DNA of 64,000 bases from Chitinophaga pinensis. Its GTDB lineage: Bacteria; Bacteroidota; Bacteroidia; Chitinophagales; Chitinophagaceae. A program made the position numbers and the translations under genes. Numbering within the stretch: the first letter of the stretch is position 1; the number at the start of each line of letters is the position of its first letter. Location of the stretch: NCBI GenBank assembly GCA_945878115.1, contig CAMDVD010000013.1, forward strand, positions 123 to 64,122, read 5' to 3'. The notes under the pieces were generated by a model, which saw only the letters and a program-made list of their open reading frames with translations, was not told the DNA's origin and searched no databases. Shown here piece by piece: positions 56,438-64,000 of this stretch.

Positions 56438-56890
56438 ATGAAAAAAATAAAATATATCATAGTCCCAGCATTAATGGGTATCATAATGGCTTCTTGTAAT
56501 TCAGAACCTAAAGGTCCAACACCAGCAGAATTGGATAGTCAAGTGGAAGCAAAAGTAAAAACTGCAACAGATCAATTGAAGGCAGATTGCGATAACCGTA
56601 TCATGGATGCAGCAAGAGCAAATGCAGATAGTATAATGGCATTAGCTAACAAGGCACCTAAGCCAGTAGCAGCACCTGCAGCACCTCCAAAGGCACATGC
56701 TCCAGCGCCGGCAAAAGTGGTAACCCCGCCGCCACCGCCAGTAAAAGTGGATCCAAAAAAGGATAAAATGAACGGAGGCAATGCAGCACACGAACAAAAT
56801 ACGCAGGATAAGAAAGATAAAATGAGTGGTAAAGAACCTAACAAAGAAGAAAATTTACAGAAGAAAAAAGATAAAATGAGTGGGAAGTAA
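56438..56890 (+). CDS. Lipoprotein with Pro/Ala-rich linker and KKDKM(S/N)G repeats
   Basis: 150 aa with a lipobox (IIMASCN). Shares ..DQLKADCDNR.. with the upstream ..KATADCEAR... Confidence 0.6.
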   Translation: MKKIKYIIVPALMGIIMASCNSEPKGPTPAELDSQVEAKVKTATDQLKADCDNRIMDAARANADSIMALANKAPKPVAAPAAPPKAHAPAPAKVVTPPPPPVKVDPKKDKMNGGNAAHEQNTQDKKDKMSGKEPNKEENLQKKKDKMSGK

Positions 56891-56912
56891 TTCATTCATT
56901 CTTTCAATAATA

Positions 56913-56947
56913 AAAAGTGGCTACTATTTGAGTAGCCATTTTTTTTT
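56913..56947 (+). terminator. Rho-independent terminator (bidirectional shape)
   Basis: AAAAAG-TGGCTACT-ATTTG-AGTAGCCA-TTTTTTTT, 23 nt after the stop at 56890. Confidence 0.8.
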
Positions 56948-57021
56948 GCGATGCCATTTTTTATATTCGACTAAATTTCTAAATAGTCAATTGCTCAGGA
57001 AATGTATGGTGGTATGCATAC

Positions 57022-57053
57022 AAAAAAAGGTCGACGTGTGGTCGACCTTTTTT
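57022..57053 (-). terminator. Rho-independent terminator (bidirectional shape)
   Basis: AAAAAAA-GGTCGAC-GTGTG-GTCGACC-TTTTTT, just downstream of the minus-strand gene ending at 57071. Confidence 0.8.
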
Positions 57054-57070
57054 ATAGAGAGTTATAAGAA

Positions 57071-57622
57071 TTATTTTTTTGTCCAAGTAGATGCATTTCC
57101 ACTTGATACACCAAAATCATCAGTTATTATTGGTGTTCCAGTTTCATCAGTTACTTTGTAAGTTACAGTAATTTTCACTGGGTTTAAGGAAGTATTGATA
57201 GTACCACTACCTTGAATATAAAAACCATCATTATCAGGTTGTTGTCTTGGTATTGTAAATGTATTACCATCAACTGTAGCATTTACAGAAGCAACAAAGT
57301 AATCCCATGCATTAGAAATATAGATACCATTTGCAACTGTTGAACTTGGTAAGATAAATACATCGTAAGTGCTTGGTGCAGAGATAGTGCCCTCTTCTGA
57401 CACAGACCAACCAGCAACATTAATAAATTTCAAATTACTTTTTGTATCGCATAAAGTGCCTTCATATCCTGAAGCGCATTTGCAAGATCCATCTGTACAA
57501 GTACCCCCGTTTGCGCAAACGATGTCTTTACATTTATCTTGATTACAAGATGTGAACACAGTTGTAGCGAAAGCCGTCGCCGTTAAGAATCCAGCTAATA
57601 GAATTGTTTTTAAATTTTTCAT
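57071..57622 (-). CDS. Lipoprotein with EGF-like Cys-rich module
   Basis: 183 aa with a lipobox (VFTSCN), followed by CKDIVCANGGTCTDGSCKCASGYEGTLC (EGF-like six-Cys pattern). Confidence 0.55.
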   Translation of the reverse strand: MKNLKTILLAGFLTATAFATTVFTSCNQDKCKDIVCANGGTCTDGSCKCASGYEGTLCDTKSNLKFINVAGWSVSEEGTISAPSTYDVFILPSSTVANGIYISNAWDYFVASVNATVDGNTFTIPRQQPDNDGFYIQGSGTINTSLNPVKITVTYKVTDETGTPIITDDFGVSSGNASTWTKK

Positions 57623-57821
57623 ATTTTTATTTTAGTTGTTTAAGTTACAAATATGCGCTTTATTCAATGGATGGACAAAAATTTCTTGTAGGGTTTGCAT
57701 TTTTTTTACAAAGAAATTCTACATCGAATGATGGAAACAATATAATAAATCGGATTTGAAAAATAGGAAAAAATGCAATAGAATGAGGCATCTTAGACCA
57801 GTGAATTCACCGTATTATTTT

Positions 57822-59612
57822 TTAATCATCCAATTTTAGCACGGCAAGAAACGCTTGTTGAGGAATTTCTACATTCCCAATTTGACGCATTCTTTTTTTA
57901 CCTTCTTTTTGTTTTTCTAATAATTTTCTTTTTCGGCTAATATCACCACCATAGCATTTAGCAGTTACGTCTTTACGCATGGCACTGATTGTTTCGCGGG
58001 CTACAACCTTGGCACCAATGGCAGCTTGAATGGCGATTTGAAATTGTTGTCGTGGCAATAAATCTTTTAATTTATCACAAAGTTTTCTGCCAAATTCGTG
58101 GGATCTAGCTTTGTGTATCAATGCACTCAAGGCATCCACTTTGTCGCCATTTAATAAAATATCCATTTTTACAATATCACTTGGGCGCATATCCAACGGG
58201 TGGTAATCGAAAGAGGCGTAACCTCTAGTCTGGCTTTTTAGTTTATCGTAAAAGTCAAAAACAATTTCGGTTAATGGAATTTCGAAACTAAGTTCCACTC
58301 TGTCGGCAGTCAAATATCCTTGATTGGTAAGTATACCTCTCTTGCCAATGCACAGTGTCATGATATTGCCAATATATTCTGGTTTTGTAATGATTTGTGC
58401 TTTAATCCAAGGTTCGAGAATGGTTTCAATGCGACTTGGGTCAGGCATCTCCGTCGGATTATTGATAACGATATGTTCATTTTTTGTGGTGATTGCTTCA
58501 AAGCTAACGTTTGGTACTGTGGTAATTACTGTTTGATTAAATTCTCTTTCTAGTCTTTCTTGAACGATTTCCATGTGTAATAAGCCGAGGAAGCCGCAAC
58601 GAAAACCAAAGCCTAAAGCTTGTGAGGTTTCTAATTCAAATGTAAGTGATGCATCATTCAATTGTAGCTTTTCCATACAATTGCGTAACTCTTCAAATTC
58701 ATCTGTTTCTACTGGAAAAATGCCAGCAAATACCATTGGTTTCACATCTTCAAATCCGTGAATAGATTCCAAACAGGGATTAACCGTGGTTGTAATCGTA
58801 TCACCAACTTTAACTTCCTTAGCTACTTTAATGCCAGTAATAATGTAACCTACATCTCCAGATTTCACTTCCTCTTTTGGCATTAATCCCATCTTCAAAA
58901 TCCCAACTTCGTCTGCTGTATATTCTAATCCTGTATTCGAAAATTTAATTTTATCTCCTTTTTTTAAGACACCATTGAAGATACGATAGTATACTATAAT
59001 TCCTCTGAAACTATTGAAAACACTATCAAAAATCAAAGCTTGTAATGGTGCAGTGTAATCACCTTTTGGCGCTGGAATACGTTTAATGATTGCATGTAAA
59101 ATTTCTTCGATGCCGATTCCACTTTTGCCAGAAGCCAATAAGATATCTTCTTCTTTGCACCCAATCAAATCAATGATTTGGTCTTTAACTTCTGGTATCA
59201 TAGCACCTTCCATGTCTATTTTATTGATAACAGGAATGATTTCTAAATTGTTGCCAATAGCCAAATACAAATTAGAAATAGTTTGTGCTTGTATACCTTG
59301 CGATGCATCCACCAATAGCAATGCGCCTTCGCAGGCGGCTAATGCGCGACTTACTTCATAACTAAAGTCGACATGACCAGGGGTATCAATTAAATTTAAA
59401 ACATAATCTTGGCCTTCCATTGCATAATTCACTTGAATGGCGTGGCTTTTAATGGTAATGCCTTTTTCTCTTTCTAGATCCATATCGTCCAACACCTGGT
59501 TCATCATTTGACGTTCCGTAATTGTTTTGGTATGTTCCAAAAGGCGGTCTGCTAGTGTACTTTTACCATGATCAATATGGGCTATGATACAAAAATTTCT
59601 AATATTTTTCAT
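57822..59612 (-). CDS. lepA: Translation elongation factor 4
   Basis: 596 aa; [26 protein letters not shown] and the LepA C-terminal domain. Confidence 0.95.
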   Translation of the reverse strand: MKNIRNFCIIAHIDHGKSTLADRLLEHTKTITERQMMNQVLDDMDLEREKGITIKSHAIQVNYAMEGQDYVLNLIDTPGHVDFSYEVSRALAACEGALLLVDASQGIQAQTISNLYLAIGNNLEIIPVINKIDMEGAMIPEVKDQIIDLIGCKEEDILLASGKSGIGIEEILHAIIKRIPAPKGDYTAPLQALIFDSVFNSFRGIIVYYRIFNGVLKKGDKIKFSNTGLEYTADEVGILKMGLMPKEEVKSGDVGYIITGIKVAKEVKVGDTITTTVNPCLESIHGFEDVKPMVFAGIFPVETDEFEELRNCMEKLQLNDASLTFELETSQALGFGFRCGFLGLLHMEIVQERLEREFNQTVITTVPNVSFEAITTKNEHIVINNPTEMPDPSRIETILEPWIKAQIITKPEYIGNIMTLCIGKRGILTNQGYLTADRVELSFEIPLTEIVFDFYDKLKSQTRGYASFDYHPLDMRPSDIVKMDILLNGDKVDALSALIHKARSHEFGRKLCDKLKDLLPRQQFQIAIQAAIGAKVVARETISAMRKDVTAKCYGGDISRKRKLLEKQKEGKKRMRQIGNVEIPQQAFLAVLKLDD

Positions 59613-59727
59613 GCGATATAATTGCTTGATATAAATTCAACTCGGTGCGAAAGTAGCTTTAGTAAGCCACTAAAAAAAATCCTGATTAAAGCTTTAAACA
59701 GGATTATATGCAAACTTGTAATTGGGA

Positions 59728-60228
59728 TTACCACTTATCTACTTCAATAGTAGGGTCTGGAGCCTCGCCAGTATCCATTGGGAAAGAACGGTTAGGCGTA
59801 CTTTGCTCCGTAAATATTTCTGTGTTTGGTTTGTACGTATTTTCCGTATTTTCTTCTTGTTCGTATTCATGTTTGAAAGCATCAAAATCATAATCGGGCA
59901 TCAGCTCCGTTTTTACATGGTCGATGGTTTCAGTCAATGCGCTCAAAAATTTATTGAAATCTTCTTTGTATAAAAAGATTTTATGTCTGTCGTATCCATT
60001 ATCATTAAATCTTTTTTTACTTTCTGTTAGCGTTACAAAATAATCATTGCCACGAGTGGAGCGAACATCAAAAAAATAGGTTCTTCGTTTTCCAGCTTTT
60101 AGTCGTTTGCTAAAAATAGATTCATTATTTCGTTCATAATTATTTTCTGCAAATTGTTCGTTGCTATTTTCGTTGTTATTTTCGTACGCCACAGGGAATA
60201 TTTTTTTAATGAAAAATTTGAAACTCAA
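59728..60228 (-). CDS. PUR-alpha-like ssDNA/RNA-binding protein (DUF3276)
   Basis: KAGKRRTYFFDVRSTRGNDYFVTLTESKKRF and HKIFLYKEDFNKF. No upstream in-frame ATG, so the start is non-ATG (TTG 60228 or GTG 60192). Confidence 0.7.
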   Translation of the reverse strand: MSFKFFIKKIFPVAYENNNENSNEQFAENNYERNNESIFSKRLKAGKRRTYFFDVRSTRGNDYFVTLTESKKRFNDNGYDRHKIFLYKEDFNKFLSALTETIDHVKTELMPDYDFDAFKHEYEQEENTENTYKPNTEIFTEQSTPNRSFPMDTGEAPDPTIEVDKW

Positions 60229-60374
60229 ATATACTCATTCTTATATATTCTCCAAGTTATGTTGAATATTCTTCTATTTATTTCTGTGGAATTTGTTTGT
60301 ACACATTCTTCTTAAAGAAAAATGTTAAAAATTGAAATTATGGTTTAATTTAGCACACTGTAAATATATATAGC

Positions 60375-63140
60375 ATGATAAAGAATAATTTTTTACTAAC
60401 CATTATCGGTATTTCCGCCATTACTGTTTCAGCGTTAAAGGTTTCGAATATTCAACAAACCAATCCAGCTTATGCGAAGTGGATAACAGAAGAATCAAGT
60501 CACGAAAAGGAAGAAGTTGCAGGTGCACGAAATTGGGAACAAATGATGCGCGCAAATCAGATAACTGGGAAAGTGGACTTCAATGACGTGTATGCTGCAC
60601 GCGAACAAGCAGATGCTTTACGAAAAGCAAATTACAAAAAAACTCGAGCTTTTGATATTATGTCATGGTCAGATGCAGGACCGAATAATATAGGCGGTAG
60701 AACACGTTCTATGGTCATAGATAAGAATAATTCGAACAAATTATACATGGGTTCTGTTTCCGGAGGTTTATTTATTTCTACCGACAATGGCGATACGTGG
60801 ACCAAAAGAGATGGTAATGATTCTTCTAGTTGTTTGAATATTGCTTCTTTAACCCAAACTTCTAATGGCGATATTTATTATGGCACTGGTGAAGGACATT
60901 ATGGTGGTGATGCTGGTTTTGGCGGCGGTATGCCTGGGGAAGGGATTTATAAATCTACAGATGGAGGACTTACATTTGACAGACTTAGTGCTACAAAACC
61001 AAGTAATAGTAATAGTACTTCAGATGCATGGGCCTATGTAGATAAATTGGTTTCGCATCCTACAACAAATACAATATTTGCAGCAACGAATGGTGGCTTA
61101 AAAGTATCTACAAATGGCGGTACTTCTTGGGCTAAGCCTACTGGTATGACTTCCGTTAATTCTAGAGTAGGGGATGTGGAAGTTTCAACAGATGGTAATC
61201 GAGTGGTAGCTGCGACTTCAAATAATTTTTATATTTCAAACGATGGTGGTGTTACTTTCGGGACTGCAAAAATGGGCCTTGGTGGATTACCTGCATCTGG
61301 TACTGCTGGTAGAATTGAAGTTGCTATCGCACCAAGTAATGCAGATTGTATTTACCTATGTATTTCTTCTACTTCAGAAGTTTTAAAGGGAGTTTATAAA
61401 TCTATAGATGGTGGAACTACTTGGACAACAATTGGAGTTGGTGGTTCTGCTACATTTAACCCGTTGGGAAATCAAGGTGGTTATAATATAGCTTTAGGCG
61501 TGCATCCAACCAATCAAGACATGTTGTTTTTAGGAGGACAATTAAATATGTGGAGATATAGCTTGAATGCAAGTTCAGGATCATTCGAATGGAAAACGAT
61601 TTCCAATTGGGTAGGTTCAGCATTTGCTGGAAATTTAGTACATGCCGATATGCATGGTGTTATGTTTAATCCTTCTAACCCTGAAAATATGTATGTAATT
61701 AGTGATGGTGGAATTTATAGAACAATGAATTGTAGTGCAGTGGCTCCATTTTTCGCGGAAAGAAATAAAGATTATTCTGTCACTCAATGCTATGGCATAT
61801 CAGCAAATCACTTAGGTCGAATCATTTTTGGTTTGCAAGATAACGGATCTGGTATATTAGGAACTTCAGTTAATTCTCCATTGGAATCAAGAGATTTAAC
61901 TGGCGGTGATGGTATGAATAATGCAATAAGTTCATTGAATCCAAATGTAATGATAACTTGTACACCAAATGGTGCTTTCCGAAAAGCAGCTGATGGTGGA
62001 ATCAGTGCAAGTTCATTTAAAAGTTTCTTTGATAAAAATATTGATGTAAGTGATGGAGGAGATCCAACCGAAGGAGCATTATGGAATGCACCTTTAGAGT
62101 ATAGAGAAAAAAGTTTTAGTAATGGTACGCAGAGAGGTATCGCTGTCATTGGTACTGGTGCAGGTGTTTGGATGACGCAAGGTGTTCTTGGGGGTAAAAC
62201 TATTTGGTTTAAATTAGGATCTTTGGCAAACGTAAGCGCTTTGTATGTTACAGATGATGCAGCGCATGTATTTGCCGCTTCTGCGAGTGGTGTTGTGATG
62301 AGATTTGATGTACCTAGTTTGTTAGATTCAACATATAAATATAATGACAGTATCGGCAATACAGCTGCGCAAGGATATTACTATAGTAGTCTAATTACCT
62401 CTACAGTTATCACTACATTCGGTGGTCGATTTGTAACTGATTTAGCAACAAATAATTCTGGCAATACTTTGGTAGTAACACTTGGTAATTATGGAAATAC
62501 TTCATACGTATATAAATCATCTGATGCGTTGAGTGCCACGCCAACATTTACAGATATTACTGGCGTATTACCTAAGATGCCTGCCTATTCTGTGATTTGC
62601 GTTGGAGGAAGTTCAGCTAAATTTATGATTGGAACTGAATTGGGCATTTGGGGGACAAATGATGGATTAGGAAGTGGTTGGGTCGAATTGAATACAATCA
62701 ATGCAAATAATCAATCTACTTGGCATCCACGCGTGGTTACTTACGAATTAATTGAAATACCATCCATTGATGTAAAAGGTTATGGTTCTTATCATGGTTC
62801 CGTAATTCTTTCTGGTACACATGGTCGCGGTGTGTTTATGTCTAAATCATTGGCAACAACATTCTGGCCAACTGGCACAGAAACAGTTGGTGAAACTGGA
62901 CAAATCAAATTGTACCCGAATCCAACAATCGATCAAGCGAACATCGAATTGAATAGCAATTTTGGTGAAAATATTTCTGTAAAAGTATTTTCATTGACTG
63001 GCTCATTGGTGAAAAATATTCAAACTAAAAATACGCAAACTAAAATTGCGCTAAATGTATCCGATTTGGCGAGCGGAGGTTATGTAGTATATGTGACCGA
63101 TGGAAATTTAAAAGCCTCAGCGACATTAGTAAAAAAATAA
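60375..63140 (+). CDS. BNR/sortilin(VPS10)-like beta-propeller protein with T9SS type A C-terminal sorting domain
   Basis: 921 aa. Repeated S-x-D-x-G-x-T-W motifs (STDNGDTWT, STNGGTSWA, SIDGGTTWT). C-terminal IKLYPNPTIDQANIEL...GGYVVYVTDGNLKASATLVKK. Confidence 0.65.
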   Translation: MIKNNFLLTIIGISAITVSALKVSNIQQTNPAYAKWITEESSHEKEEVAGARNWEQMMRANQITGKVDFNDVYAAREQADALRKANYKKTRAFDIMSWSDAGPNNIGGRTRSMVIDKNNSNKLYMGSVSGGLFISTDNGDTWTKRDGNDSSSCLNIASLTQTSNGDIYYGTGEGHYGGDAGFGGGMPGEGIYKSTDGGLTFDRLSATKPSNSNSTSDAWAYVDKLVSHPTTNTIFAATNGGLKVSTNGGTSWAKPTGMTSVNSRVGDVEVSTDGNRVVAATSNNFYISNDGGVTFGTAKMGLGGLPASGTAGRIEVAIAPSNADCIYLCISSTSEVLKGVYKSIDGGTTWTTIGVGGSATFNPLGNQGGYNIALGVHPTNQDMLFLGGQLNMWRYSLNASSGSFEWKTISNWVGSAFAGNLVHADMHGVMFNPSNPENMYVISDGGIYRTMNCSAVAPFFAERNKDYSVTQCYGISANHLGRIIFGLQDNGSGILGTSVNSPLESRDLTGGDGMNNAISSLNPNVMITCTPNGAFRKAADGGISASSFKSFFDKNIDVSDGGDPTEGALWNAPLEYREKSFSNGTQRGIAVIGTGAGVWMTQGVLGGKTIWFKLGSLANVSALYVTDDAAHVFAASASGVVMRFDVPSLLDSTYKYNDSIGNTAAQGYYYSSLITSTVITTFGGRFVTDLATNNSGNTLVVTLGNYGNTSYVYKSSDALSATPTFTDITGVLPKMPAYSVICVGGSSAKFMIGTELGIWGTNDGLGSGWVELNTINANNQSTWHPRVVTYELIEIPSIDVKGYGSYHGSVILSGTHGRGVFMSKSLATTFWPTGTETVGETGQIKLYPNPTIDQANIELNSNFGENISVKVFSLTGSLVKNIQTKNTQTKIALNVSDLASGGYVVYVTDGNLKASATLVKK

Positions 63141-63160
63141 TTTTTTAACTGTTCAAAATA

Positions 63161-63196
63161 AAAGGAGGTTGTTCTACAAACAGCCTCCTTTTTTTA
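63161..63196 (+). terminator. Rho-independent terminator
   Basis: AAGGAGGTTG-TTCTACAAA-CAGCCTCCTT followed by TTTTTT, 20 nt after the stop at 63140. Confidence 0.8.
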
Positions 63197-63344
63197 TACT
63201 AGAATAGATGAGAATAGACTCTAGCAACCTGAATATCTATGGATGCAAAAATCTATAAATCAATTTTGAACTATTTATTTTTTCGTTATGAATTATAAAA
63301 AAGTTATTGTAATATTACACATCTATTTTAAGCACCATTCTACT

Positions 63345-64000
63345 ATGTTCAGGAGAATTTTTATTTTACTATTATTACCTTTTGCGCTTTCGGCGCAGAA
63401 GCACCATGAAGTTGGTATTTTCGGCGGAACATCTAGTTATTACGGAGACTTGCAAGAGCGTCTTTTCCCTAAAGAAGGGTATCGCGCTTGTGGCGGATTG
63501 ACTTACAAATATTTTGTTCACCCAAGTGTTGGTTTCCGATTTGGCGTTACGTATGCTAGTTTGTATGGTGCCGACAGTCTTTCTGAATCAAAAGCTGTAA
63601 AAAATAGAAACTTAAATTTTCAAACCAATTTGTTCGAATTACATGGTGGTGTGGAAGTGAATATGATACCCGTTGATTTTGATGAATTCAAATTCTCCCC
63701 TTACATTTTTGCTGGGCTTTCTGTATTTTATTATAACCCATATACCATGGGGGCGAATGATGAAAAAATTTATTTACGTCCATTAAGTACAGAAGGACAA
63801 GGTCTAAGACAATATCCTGACAGAAAAATTTATAGCCTTGTAAATGTTGGTATTCCATTAGGCGCAGGATTAAAAGTTTTCATTGGCAAGAAAGTAATGT
63901 TGAGTAGCGAAATTGGATTTAGATACACAGCTACAGATTATTTAGATGATGTAAGTTCTTCTTATGTAAACATGGATACTTTGTTTAGATATAAAGGAAA
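63345..64000 (+). CDS. DUF6089-like outer-membrane beta-barrel protein, 3' end beyond window
   Basis: Open frame from ATG 63345 to the window end. MFRRIFILLLLLPFALSAQKHHEVGIFGGTSSYYGDL then alternating strand pattern. The family call is from memory. Confidence 0.55.
   Translation, partial: MFRRIFILLLLPFALSAQKHHEVGIFGGTSSYYGDLQERLFPKEGYRACGGLTYKYFVHPSVGFRFGVTYASLYGADSLSESKAVKNRNLNFQTNLFELHGGVEVNMIPVDFDEFKFSPYIFAGLSVFYYNPYTMGANDEKIYLRPLSTEGQGLRQYPDRKIYSLVNVGIPLGAGLKVFIGKKVMLSSEIGFRYTATDYLDDVSSSYVNMDTLFRYKG

Overview
AT-rich chromosomal segment of a Bacteroidota bacterium, judged from three T9SS C-terminal sorting domains, bshC, glgA-like/DUF4270/glmS and panC synteny, and TAnnTTTG-type -7 boxes. 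I call about 60 protein genes, nearly all housekeeping or envelope functions: kdsA, coaE, bshC, rocD, glmS, panC, queE, folD, pth, lepA, yebC-family, tsaC, hldD, a nucleoside transporter and a CDP-hexose operon (rfbF-rfbG-epimerase-reductase). An 8.7-kb co-directional light/photoprotection gene string is headed by a CarH-type B12 photoreceptor regulator (crtI, crtB, idi, crtZ, crtYcd plus SRPBCC, lipocalin, photolyase and TIGR01777 genes). It lies next to a 1545-aa CheB-CheR-PAS-histidine kinase-receiver fusion. I saw no rRNA, tRNA, CRISPR array, transposase, integrase, phage or recognisable defence genes. What the gene calls do not explain is non-coding. (i) A ~100-nt structured element occurs in four same-strand intergenic copies, with compensatory changes in its apical helix. 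(ii) A 268-bp hairpin-dense unit is duplicated in tandem in a 0.8-kb gap left of the FAH-pth gene pair, and a truncated inverted relative lies in a 1.0-kb gene-free, repeat-packed gap to the right. (iii) A 35-40-nt module is repeated three times and carries both a perfect -7 box and a conserved ATG (MSFIF...). One gene (DUF3667) is split by a frameshift in a C6 run. I found no convincing novel multi-protein system. The non-coding repeat families are my best candidates for something undescribed, and every functional reading of them is inference. All family names come from motif recognition by eye; no searches were run.
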